Below the pieces are notes generated by a model, which did not search any database, was not told where the DNA came from, and saw nothing but the letters and a program-made list of their open reading frames with translations. DNA of 64,000 nucleotides, from contig JANQHR010000040.1 in assembly GCA_028282585.1 (NCBI GenBank), forward strand, positions 3,715-67,714. The letters are read 5' to 3'. The position numbers were made by a program, and so were the translations under genes. Shown here one piece after another: positions 37,871 through 47,033 of the stretch. Each line of letters starts with the position of its first letter. Position 1 is the first letter of the stretch. The DNA comes from Bacteroidales bacterium (GTDB taxonomy: Bacteria; Bacteroidota; Bacteroidia; Bacteroidales; UBA12077).

Positions 37871-40800
37871 TTATAAACCACTGCCAGCCTGCATCTTACT
37901 TCTTTTTCTGTTAAGATATCTTTCTCTAAAATTGAGTGACTGCAAGTATTTCAACCCCCTTCTTAATAGATCAAATAATAGTGCTAAATAAAGTAAACCT
38001 GATAGTACCCAAAGTAAGATAAAATTATACCAAAGAGTGTCAACTTTTATATTGTTTATAATTTTTATTGGTGCATACAAATGGGCTCTACCAAAATTTG
38101 AAGTAGGTTCCATAAAAACCGGATCTTTTTTTTGCACTAACCTTTTTCTTGTTTGATATACTTTATTAATCTCATTTCTATTTAATACAATATCCGCAAG
38201 TTTTTTATTATAATACTTTTGTTTAAAATTTACAAATCCATCTTGCCCAAGCTCTGCAACCATTTGCTGATACTTCGCACTTTTACGATCATTGGCATCC
38301 CTCTCTTTTTCACTTAATAGGTTATCTAAACGAACTAAAGCCTGATAAGCCTGCTCCATTACATTCTCATTAAAGTTATTATAGTTTAACAAATGGTTAT
38401 ACTGAAATGAAAAACCTTCTTCAGTTAAGGATATTATATCTAATTCATTTCTAATTATTTTTAAATCTCTAACCAAGGCATTTGAATCTAAACCGCTATC
38501 CTTCCTCCTCATACAAAGATTAAGTTTATTTTGAAGTTCAGGTATCAAGAAAGAAGTTTTATAGTCAGCATTGCTTATGATTTTTTCATCTTCATAAAAG
38601 ATCTTTTCGAACTCATTGTTCTTAAACTGTTCAACCATCATAGCTTCATACGCCCAACGTGTTGTCATTAGGTTACCAATAAAAGGCACATAAGTTTTAT
38701 TTGTAAAACCTTTGTGCAGATCATCAAAATGAATCATTGCGCCACCGAGAAGTAATTTTGGTACCAGTATTAATGGTATAAGAATATATATAGCAATTAC
38801 CGAATCTAATCCTGACGAAATATTTAGTCCGATAAGGTTACCCATGCAAGCTGCAGAAAAAAGAATTAACCAGAAAGGAATCAGCATTCCATGAATTTCC
38901 AGAATTGTATTACCTATTAAAGTGTATAGAAATGTTTGTATTGCTGAAATCGTAAATAATATTACAATCTTTGAATTTATATAACTAAACCAGCTAAGGT
39001 TTAGAAATGATTCTCTCTCAAGTATTTTCCGATCTTTTATTATCTCTTCTGCACTGACTGTCAGCCCCAGAAAAATTGCAACCACAACGGCCATAAATAA
39101 GAATACCGGTAAGTTTTTATTCTCACCAAAAACATAACCATTAGGTGTAATATATTTTGTAAAGTAACCTAATAAAAGAGCCAAAAGAGGAGCCTCTAGC
39201 AAATTAATTAATAAATACTGTTTATTTGTTAATTTCGATAAAATATTACGCATACTAAATACCTGAAACTGCCTAACGAAATTTGGTATCTTAAAATCTG
39301 AATCAGGTAATATCGTTTCAATTTGTTTTGGTTCGATTTTCTTTTCAATATTTTCTAAATATCTATAGTACCATGTTTCCGATTGAGTTTTTCGTTTACG
39401 AATCGTTTTACCATATTCGTTTATTTCTCGTTCCTCTATAATTTGAAGAATCTGATCCGGATTTATATTCCCACAACAAGCACATTCACTTTCTGCCGCA
39501 TTAACCAGGGAAGTAACCGTTTTAAAATAAACAACGGCATCCACAGGATTTCCTTGATAAATTGGATAACCACCTTTATCTAAAATCCATAGTTTGTCGA
39601 ATAATTTAAAGATATCCGATGACGGTTGATGGATATTAGCAATAACAAGTTTTCCTTTATGAGCTTGTTCTTTCAGAAGATTCATGATCGTCATCGAATC
39701 CATTGAAGATAAACCTGAAGTTGGTTCATCAACGAAAAGAAGCATTGGTTCGCGCATTAATTCAAGAGCTATATTTAATCTTTTTCGCTGACCTCCACTA
39801 ATAATCTTTTTTAAAGGATTACCAACTTGTAGGTCCCTTGCATCGTAAAGGTCCGTATCAATCATCACAGAATTAACTTTCTCGACTAATTGCTGTTCTG
39901 TGAAATCACTAAAACAAAGCCGTGCATTGTAATATAAATTCTGAAATACAGTTAGTTCTTCAAACAACATATCATCTTGTGGAACATAACCAATTAGTCC
40001 GGTTAAACCTTCGCTATGCAAGTGCACTGAATGACCATTTATCTTTATTCTTCCTTTGGTAGGTTTTAATTTACCACACAACAAGTTTAGTAAAGTTGAT
40101 TTACCAACGCCACTACCTCCCATGATAGCAATCATTTGACCTGATTGCTCGAAGAAATTGAATTTTTGAATCCCATTTTTACTATTACGAAAATAAAACT
40201 CCACATCTTTTCCTTCAAACGTTATTTGGGTTTCTTCAGAAGTTAAAATAAACTTTGAAGCTATATCATAATAATAAATTGATTCTATATTAGGACCTTT
40301 TATGATTGCTCCTTTGTTTAGAAAATAAGTTCTTCCATACCTTATCTTTTGTCCTTCAATATATAAATTGAGTTCACCAAAATACCTGAATATGAATGCT
40401 TGAATGGATTGAATATAAAAAACGACAATTTTACCATATAGATTCTCGCGGAATAAATGCTTGTATGGTTCTTCTTCCTGGGATTTTTTCTTTTTCATCA
40501 ACCAGGCTAGGTTATCTGACCATTCTCTTACCTGGTTATCTATTACTAATACTTTATCGTTATCAAGTTTGTCCGGATCACCTTCGAAAATGAAAGATCT
40601 AAAATTTGTAAATTCACTTTCCGATAAACTAAATGATTTTGCAACTGCTTTAAGGAACTCAAATTCTTGTTCTGTAATAAGGTGATCTTCATAAACGAAC
40701 TCTAATAGCTCAAGAAACACGATAACACGTTCATCTCGTAAAAGTCCTTTTTTGATTTGACTACAAACATTTGCTATTTGAAAAGATATTAATGAAGCAC

Positions 40801-41020
40801 TATCTTTTAAATCTTTTACATTTTCCTGCTCAAGCTCTCTTCTATAAAATTCGAGATAATTATCAAATAATCGCAAATACTCCTCAATAAGTTCGTTTTT
40901 GAGGTATCTTGCTAAATACGCTTCTACGATCTTTCTACCTTTGGCGGTAACTCCTTCCGGGTTCACATTTGCAACAATTGCAAATAAGTGAATTAATGCA
41001 TTTAATATTGATTCGCTCAT
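37871..41020 (-). CDS. ABCG-like fused ATPase/ABC-2 permease with large N- and C-terminal extra regions
   Basis: Walker A GGSGVGKST, signature ISGGQRKRLNIALEL, Walker B LLFVDEPTSGLS, H-loop NIHQPS. A multi-TM ABC-2 domain follows. The ~290-aa N-terminal region is unassigned. Confidence 0.85.
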   Translation of the reverse strand: MSESILNALIHLFAIVANVNPEGVTAKGRKIVEAYLARYLKNELIEEYLRLFDNYLEFYRRELEQENVKDLKDSASLISFQIANVCSQIKKGLLRDERVIVFLELLEFVYEDHLITEQEFEFLKAVAKSFSLSESEFTNFRSFIFEGDPDKLDNDKVLVIDNQVREWSDNLAWLMKKKKSQEEEPYKHLFRENLYGKIVVFYIQSIQAFIFRYFGELNLYIEGQKIRYGRTYFLNKGAIIKGPNIESIYYYDIASKFILTSEETQITFEGKDVEFYFRNSKNGIQKFNFFEQSGQMIAIMGGSGVGKSTLLNLLCGKLKPTKGRIKINGHSVHLHSEGLTGLIGYVPQDDMLFEELTVFQNLYYNARLCFSDFTEQQLVEKVNSVMIDTDLYDARDLQVGNPLKKIISGGQRKRLNIALELMREPMLLFVDEPTSGLSSMDSMTIMNLLKEQAHKGKLVIANIHQPSSDIFKLFDKLWILDKGGYPIYQGNPVDAVVYFKTVTSLVNAAESECACCGNINPDQILQIIEEREINEYGKTIRKRKTQSETWYYRYLENIEKKIEPKQIETILPDSDFKIPNFVRQFQVFSMRNILSKLTNKQYLLINLLEAPLLALLLGYFTKYITPNGYVFGENKNLPVFLFMAVVVAIFLGLTVSAEEIIKDRKILERESFLNLSWFSYINSKIVILFTISAIQTFLYTLIGNTILEIHGMLIPFWLILFSAACMGNLIGLNISSGLDSVIAIYILIPLILVPKLLLGGAMIHFDDLHKGFTNKTYVPFIGNLMTTRWAYEAMMVEQFKNNEFEKIFYEDEKIISNADYKTSFLIPELQNKLNLCMRRKDSGLDSNALVRDLKIIRNELDIISLTEEGFSFQYNHLLNYNNFNENVMEQAYQALVRLDNLLSEKERDANDRKSAKYQQMVAELGQDGFVNFKQKYYNKKLADIVLNRNEINKVYQTRKRLVQKKDPVFMEPTSNFGRAHLYAPIKIINNIKVDTLWYNFILLWVLSGLLYLALLFDLLRRGLKYLQSLNFRERYLNRKRSKMQAGSGL

Positions 41021-41063
41021 TAATTTCTATTTGGAACAAAATTTAAGAAATAATCTGAAAAAT

Positions 41064-41095
41064 AAAAAAAGCTCATGCATTAAAACACATGAGCT
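41064..41095 (-). terminator. Intrinsic terminator after lipoprotein gene
   Basis: Stem AGCTCATG/CATGAGCT. The plus-strand A-run at 41064-41070 gives a U-tract on the minus strand. Confidence 0.6.
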
Positions 41096-41117
41096 GTTGA
41101 TTATTTAAATAAATTAT

Positions 41118-41963
41118 TTAAAGAATAATCTTTTCTCTTAGTGCATTTGTTTGTTCAATTATGCTATTTAACTGTGCTTCAGTGATACCTGTTTCATCTA
41201 TACTATCAAATACTTCTTTGATAGGATTAAGGTCAGCTAATAATGTTTTAATTGACTCATGTTCTTTGTGTTCTTCCAACATTTTAACCAGTTTATCTAG
41301 CGAAGATTTTTGATGTAAAATAACTTTTACTAAATCAGGATTATGGTAAACTGTTTCAGAAATATTGCAAGAAATATACATAGCCTCGATCCATGTACCT
41401 GCCAATACAAGAAGCGATAAATCTTCTTTATTATTTCTTACCAGGTATTCATAAGTATCGTAAAAAGAGCCAGTAATTAAATCAACTAAAACATCTTTGT
41501 TATCAATATTTTCTTCAACCTCATCGATAAAACTTATTGAAAATGCTCCTGTAATTCCAAGTTCAACAACTAAGTTCTCAAGAGCTTCCATATAAGTCAT
41601 GATTTCCTGCCTCATATTATAAGTACTTGCATAACTTAAATCTGCACTATAAACACCTAAATTAATTGCCTGGTCCTTATCAGTAAAATATTTATCTATA
41701 CTCTCGGTTTTATTTGTAATACCTATGATATAACTGGCTTCTATATCGTTAATCATTTCAGTTATTTCAAAAGCCGTAGGTAATGGATATACTATCTCTC
41801 TCACATTTTCTTCGAATTCTTCTTTATCAATTTTTGACTCTGATAAAGATTCACTTGAAGTATCTTCTTTCTTACCTCCCGTACAGTTAGCAAGAGACAT
41901 CAACAATACTACTGATAATAATACTATTACTGATTTTTTGATGAAAAATTTTAATGTTTTCAT
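41118..41963 (-). CDS. Lipoprotein of unknown function (helical)
   Basis: Lipobox LMSLANC. 281 aa with no recognisable motif. Confidence 0.6.
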   Translation of the reverse strand: MKTLKFFIKKSVIVLLSVVLLMSLANCTGGKKEDTSSESLSESKIDKEEFEENVREIVYPLPTAFEITEMINDIEASYIIGITNKTESIDKYFTDKDQAINLGVYSADLSYASTYNMRQEIMTYMEALENLVVELGITGAFSISFIDEVEENIDNKDVLVDLITGSFYDTYEYLVRNNKEDLSLLVLAGTWIEAMYISCNISETVYHNPDLVKVILHQKSSLDKLVKMLEEHKEHESIKTLLADLNPIKEVFDSIDETGITEAQLNSIIEQTNALREKIIL

Positions 41964-42068
41964 TGATCCTTATTTTTTAATTCTTTTTCTTTTATTTACT
42001 TTCCCGAAAAAAGTGGTTTATTTAACGCCTGAAATTTACAGTTTTTTTGTTTATTATCAATTCTAAAA

Positions 42069-42989
42069 TCAGAATAATTTTCTATATCCAAAGCCCCAAA
42101 GCTCTATTCGTTTAGCAATATATCCAAAAATTAGGGTTGAAAAAAAAGTAAAAGACCCATAAACCACTGATACCATAGCCATCTCATAATTATTTAAAAG
42201 ACTTTCTGCTATATAAATTCCCACAATACTGTTTTTTAATCCCACCTCAATACTTATCGTAAAGTTATTTTTTCCACCCAGCCTAAGGTATTTGGAAATT
42301 AAATAAACAATAAGCATTGAAACAAAATTTAATAGTAAGGCCCAAGGTGCAATGTATAAAAAATCGTTGAATCCATTTTCAGAACCATTATCATCGAAGA
42401 ATATCATTACAAAAAATACAGAAAATAGAATTAATGGCAGAATAAATCTTAAAGGTTTCTGAGCCTTAATTGCAAATTGAAAAAAGTATTGTCTTATAAA
42501 CATTCCAAAAAGGGTGGGTAAAATAATTGTAAGAAGAATATTTAATATTGTATTTAAAACATCTAAATGTATTGTTTTAGCTTCGCCTAAAAATATTTCT
42601 AATCCTAGTTTAACTACTAAGGGTAAACTAACAAGTATAATTAAACTATTTAATGCTGTTAATGAAATTGAAAGAGCAAGATTGCCTTTCAACATGTGAG
42701 TAATAACATTTGTAGCTGAACCTCCTGCACATGCTGTAATAAGAATAAATCCGACCTTGATATATGGGTTTAAATTTGTAAATCCAAATAAAAGAAAAGC
42801 AACAAGTGGGAGAATAAATACCTGGCTAATAATCCCAGTCAGAACTGGCTTTGGATAACGCAAGATATTTCTGAAATCTCCTCTCTCCAGAGATAATCCC
42901 ATTCCCATCATAATAATTGAAAGGGATAGGGGTAACAGGTATGTTGAAAAAAAAGACTGCATTTCTACGAAATTAATTAAGAAACGCAT
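42069..42989 (-). CDS. Bile acid:sodium symporter (BASS/SBF) family transporter
   Basis: ~9-10 hydrophobic helices. N-terminal LSLSIIMMGMGLSL and GGSATNVITHMLKGNLALS patterns are typical of SBF-like carriers. An alternative ATG lies at 42962. Confidence 0.75.
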   Translation of the reverse strand: MRFLINFVEMQSFFSTYLLPLSLSIIMMGMGLSLERGDFRNILRYPKPVLTGIISQVFILPLVAFLLFGFTNLNPYIKVGFILITACAGGSATNVITHMLKGNLALSISLTALNSLIILVSLPLVVKLGLEIFLGEAKTIHLDVLNTILNILLTIILPTLFGMFIRQYFFQFAIKAQKPLRFILPLILFSVFFVMIFFDDNGSENGFNDFLYIAPWALLLNFVSMLIVYLISKYLRLGGKNNFTISIEVGLKNSIVGIYIAESLLNNYEMAMVSVVYGSFTFFSTLIFGYIAKRIELWGFGYRKLF

Positions 42990-43018
42990 AATTATAAAAT
43001 TCTGTTATACCAATTTAC

Positions 43019-43052
43019 AAAAAAAGAGAGGGATAAATATTTATCCCTCTCT
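43019..43052 (-). terminator. Intrinsic terminator after thioredoxin-like gene pair
   Basis: Perfect 14+14 palindrome AGAGAGGGATAAAT/ATTTATCCCTCTCT. The plus-strand A7 gives a U-tract on the minus strand, and TTTT follows on the plus strand. Confidence 0.75.
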
Positions 43053-43071
43053 TTTACTAATATTTATGGTT

Positions 43072-43689
43072 TTATTTTTTGTAATTTTTATCTTTAATTG
43101 TACAACCAATTGCTTTAGTAAAGTTTGGATCAGGTTTCTTTCCGTCAAGAACCGCCAAAACCGCGTCTGCTAAATAAGCTTTCTCAACAGCATTTGCATC
43201 TTTATAATTATCATCTATTGCTCCAATATAAGAAACAACAAAACCATTTTCTTTTTTACTCAATAAATAAACATGCGGTGTTCGCTTGGCTCCATAAATT
43301 TTGTATACCTCCTGAGTTTCATCTAATAAGTACGGGAACGTAAATCCTTTCTCCTTTGCCCTAATAATCATATTTTCATAAGAATCTTTAGGTTGAATCT
43401 CAGGATCATTTGGATTTACAGCTATTACCGGATATCCTTTTTTACTAAATTTTTTATCCAAATCAATTATTCTATCCTCATAGGCAATAGCGTAAGGACA
43501 ATGATTACAAGTAAAAATTACAATTGCTCCTTTGGTTGCTTTATCAAATTCAAATAATGAAACCATTTTACCGTCTATATTTTTAAGTTTAAAATCTGCG
43601 GCCTTATCTCCTACTTTATATCCATCTTGCGCATTTAAACCTAAAATGGCAAACATTAAAAACAAACCGGTTGTTAAAATTTTTTTCAT
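43072..43689 (-). CDS. Secreted thioredoxin-fold protein (redoxin family, CNHC active site)
   Basis: Signal peptide. [16 protein letters not shown] CxxC motif. 205 aa. Confidence 0.8.
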   Translation of the reverse strand: MKKILTTGLFLMFAILGLNAQDGYKVGDKAADFKLKNIDGKMVSLFEFDKATKGAIVIFTCNHCPYAIAYEDRIIDLDKKFSKKGYPVIAVNPNDPEIQPKDSYENMIIRAKEKGFTFPYLLDETQEVYKIYGAKRTPHVYLLSKKENGFVVSYIGAIDDNYKDANAVEKAYLADAVLAVLDGKKPDPNFTKAIGCTIKDKNYKK

Positions 43690-43716
43690 CGTTTTTTAGT
43701 TTAGTTAAACACTTAT

Positions 43717-44199
43717 TTATAAGAATTTTTTTAATTCTGTTTCTAAATCTTCATATTCGAATTCCTGCTCAAAAAAAGCTCTTTTTGTATTATTATAAAT
43801 TAATGTTGCCGGAATTGCACCAGACCAATCTTGATTTACCAAATTAATCCAGGAATTACTATCCGGATCATCAAGTATTATAATTTTTGATTTTATAGCA
43901 TGTCTTTTTTTAAAATCAGATATTCTACCCTGAATGTTTTTACCAAAGTCAAGACTGACTAATATAATTTCAACATTCTTGTCAAGATATTCTTCATAAA
44001 GCTTATTAAACGCTGGCATTTCTTTTACACAAGGTCTGCACCATGTAGCCCAGAAATTAATTACATATACTTTATTATCCTTTTTTTCAAGTAATGGTTT
44101 GAATGAATCGAAACCTTCATAGACTTTAAAGTCTTGAGAATTAACATTAGTTATTCCTAACAATAAAAAGGAAAGTATTATTACTAATTTTAGCTTCAT
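43717..44199 (-). CDS. TlpA-like thiol:disulfide interchange protein
   Basis: Signal peptide. NFWATWCRPC thioredoxin CxxC motif. Confidence 0.85.
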   Translation of the reverse strand: MKLKLVIILSFLLLGITNVNSQDFKVYEGFDSFKPLLEKKDNKVYVINFWATWCRPCVKEMPAFNKLYEEYLDKNVEIILVSLDFGKNIQGRISDFKKRHAIKSKIIILDDPDSNSWINLVNQDWSGAIPATLIYNNTKRAFFEQEFEYEDLETELKKFL

Positions 44200-44325
44200 T
44201 TTTGCATGTTTTCAATGTATAACAGATTTATTATTAAATTGTTTTAAATTACTAATTATTGTTTAAACTTTCGGAAAAACAAATTAGTCTAATTGTTAAA
44301 TTTTATACCCTAAAATATTACAACT

Positions 44326-46941
44326 ATGTCAAAAAAAATCCTCGTTCATCCATGGTGTTATGTATTTTTCGCTTTTGCGTTTATTTTCTTTTCTTCTTCT
44401 GTATCTGCACAAAACTCAATTCCTACTCCGGAAAGTCATTTTGGTTTTGTTCCCGGTACCGATCGTATGCTTTTTAATTACGACCCCTTAATAGATTATT
44501 TAAAAAAGCTCGAAAATGTTTCTCCAAAAATCAGAACGGAAGAAATTGGAGTTTCTCCAATGGGAAAAACTATGTATGTAACTTTCATTTCTTCTGAAAA
44601 GAATATCAACAACCTGGAAAAGTTAAAAAAGATAAATAAAGAACTAGCATTAAACTATGATTTAAGCCCGGAAAAATATAGTGAATATGTTAAAGAAGGT
44701 AAGGTATTCTTTTTATTTACTCTTTCGATGCACTCAACCGAAGTTGGGCCAACGCAAGCATTACCAAACATAGCTTATAACCTGTTAACAGCTACTGACA
44801 AAAAAACGTTAGATATGCTGGATAATGTAGTTTATATGGTAGTGCCAAATCACAATCCTGATGGAATGGATATGGTGGTTAATCATTATAACAAATACAA
44901 AGGAACTAAACATGAAGGTTCTTCAATGCCGGGAGTTTATCATAAATATGTTGGTCATAATAACAATCGCGATTTTGTTGCATTAACTCAAAGCGACACC
45001 AGAGCTATTGCTAACTTATACAATAAAGATTGGTTCCCACAAGTTATGGTAGAAAAACATCAAATGGGTTCACGCGGCCCTCGGTATTTTATATCACCTC
45101 CGCATGATCCAATTGCTGAGAATATTGATGCAGGGTTATGGAATTGGATGAAAATATTTGGTTCAAATACAATAACTAAAATGACAGATGCAGGGTTAAC
45201 CGGAATAGCACAAAATTATTTGTTTGATGATTATTGGCCAGGTGCTACCCAAACCTGTCTTTGGAAAAACGTTATTGGTATGCTCTCGGAAGGTGCCAGT
45301 GTAAAACATGCTACACCTATTTATATAGAACCAAACGAATTAAGTGTTATTGGTAAAGGTTTGGGAGAGTATAAAAAAAGTATAAACTTAGTTGAACCCT
45401 GGAAAGGCGGATGGTGGCGTTTAAGTGACCTTGTTGAATATGAAACGGTTTCTACAATGGCATATCTTGAAACTGCTTCTTTGCACAAAGAAGAAATTTT
45501 AAAATTTAGAAATGAAATTTGTAAAAGAGAAGTAAATAAAGGTTTAAATGAGCCTCCATATTTTTACATATTTCCAAAGGAACAACATGATCAAAGTGAA
45601 TTAGTAAATTTAGTAAACCTTTTGGATGAGCACGGAGTAAATGTGTTTGAGCTTACCAAAGATTTAAAGATAAAAAATACGATTTTTAAAAAAGGCGATG
45701 TGATTGTTCCTTTAGCACAACCATTCAGAGCTTTTATCAAAGAAGTTCTTGAAAAACAAGTTTTCCCTGCCAGACATTATACTCCGGGCGGAGAAATGAT
45801 AAAACCTTATGATATTACCTCATGGTCCCTACCCCTGCATAAAGGAGTTCATGTTTTTGAAATTAATGAAAATCCGGAAGTATTTCAGGGAAATTTTTCG
45901 GAAGTAAAATTACCATACAGTTTATATAAGCCTTCAAATAATGATTATAATTCGATTATCTTAAGTGCACAAAACAACAACAGTTATAAAGCTGCTTTTA
46001 AAGCCCTTAAAATAGGATTAAATGTTAGGCAATTGCAAGAACCTTATTTAGATTACCCTATTGGAAGCTTTGTAATCGATAAATCTAAAAATATAAATCA
46101 AGTTTTAGACGAAATCAATTTTACTCCAGCGTATGTTAACCAAAAAATAGATTTGAAAACACGTGAATTAAAATTACCAAGAATATATTTGCTTGAAACT
46201 TATTTTCATGCCATGGATGCAGGCTGGACAAGGTTTATTTTTGACTCATATAATATTCCTTTTAAAACCATTAAGCCTACAGACGTTAAAAGCATTGATT
46301 TTGAAAAAAACTGTGATGTCCTGATTATTCCTGATGAGAGTAAATCGGCATTAATAAGTGGAAATTATAACTCAGAAGGAAATAGATACTTTTTAAAATA
46401 TCCACCTGAATATATGAAAGGGATGGAACAAAAGGGACTTGAGAAAATTTTGAAATTCATTCATAACGGTGGCAAAGTAGTTGCATGGCGCGAAGCAACA
46501 GAATTATTCTCCGGAATTCAAAAGTACTCAATAAATGATAAAGAAAAAGAAGAGTTTGAATTTCCTGTTAAAGATGTCTCAAAACAACTTGTTAAAGATG
46601 GCTTCTTTTCTCCCGGTTCGTTACTTAGAATTAAACTTAAAGCAGATCACCCTATTACTTATGGGATGCCAAATGAAATAGGTGTTTTTCATAGAAATGG
46701 GCCGATTTTCAGAACATGGCAGCCATATTTTGATGTAGATAGAAGAGTTATTGCTACTTTCCCTGAAAAAAATATTTTGTTAAGTGGTTTTATTAAAAAT
46801 GAAGAAAAAATTGGAAATAAGACTTCAATTGTTTGGATGAAAAAAGGTAAAGGCGAAGTTGTACTATTCAGCTTTAATCCACAATTTAGAGCTTCAACAC
46901 CTGTAAGCTATAAACTATTATTTAATTCATTATTACTATAG
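44326..46941 (+). CDS. M14-family metallocarboxypeptidase-like protein (large, secreted)
   Basis: Signal peptide. HSTE (HxxE) and VPNHNPDG motifs in the N-terminal third. 871 aa. Confidence 0.7.
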   Translation: MSKKILVHPWCYVFFAFAFIFFSSSVSAQNSIPTPESHFGFVPGTDRMLFNYDPLIDYLKKLENVSPKIRTEEIGVSPMGKTMYVTFISSEKNINNLEKLKKINKELALNYDLSPEKYSEYVKEGKVFFLFTLSMHSTEVGPTQALPNIAYNLLTATDKKTLDMLDNVVYMVVPNHNPDGMDMVVNHYNKYKGTKHEGSSMPGVYHKYVGHNNNRDFVALTQSDTRAIANLYNKDWFPQVMVEKHQMGSRGPRYFISPPHDPIAENIDAGLWNWMKIFGSNTITKMTDAGLTGIAQNYLFDDYWPGATQTCLWKNVIGMLSEGASVKHATPIYIEPNELSVIGKGLGEYKKSINLVEPWKGGWWRLSDLVEYETVSTMAYLETASLHKEEILKFRNEICKREVNKGLNEPPYFYIFPKEQHDQSELVNLVNLLDEHGVNVFELTKDLKIKNTIFKKGDVIVPLAQPFRAFIKEVLEKQVFPARHYTPGGEMIKPYDITSWSLPLHKGVHVFEINENPEVFQGNFSEVKLPYSLYKPSNNDYNSIILSAQNNNSYKAAFKALKIGLNVRQLQEPYLDYPIGSFVIDKSKNINQVLDEINFTPAYVNQKIDLKTRELKLPRIYLLETYFHAMDAGWTRFIFDSYNIPFKTIKPTDVKSIDFEKNCDVLIIPDESKSALISGNYNSEGNRYFLKYPPEYMKGMEQKGLEKILKFIHNGGKVVAWREATELFSGIQKYSINDKEKEEFEFPVKDVSKQLVKDGFFSPGSLLRIKLKADHPITYGMPNEIGVFHRNGPIFRTWQPYFDVDRRVIATFPEKNILLSGFIKNEEKIGNKTSIVWMKKGKGEVVLFSFNPQFRASTPVSYKLLFNSLLL

Positions 46942-46965
46942 AGATTTAAAATCATGGTATAAGTA

Positions 46966-47000
46966 ATCAGACCAAAGTATATACTTTGGTCTGATTTTTT
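46966..47000 (+). terminator. Intrinsic terminator after M14 peptidase gene
   Basis: Perfect palindrome ATCAGACCAAAGTAT/ATACTTTGGTCTGAT followed by TTTTT. Confidence 0.8.
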
Positions 47001-47033
47001 CGTACAATGCATTATAATTTTTATATTTATAAG

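Noticed and set aside
44259-44477. 72-aa ORF overlapping the start of the M14 peptidase gene in another frame.
   Set aside because: It has a TTG start and a hydrophobic low-complexity translation. The peptidase frame, with its clear signal peptide from the ATG at 44326, explains the region.
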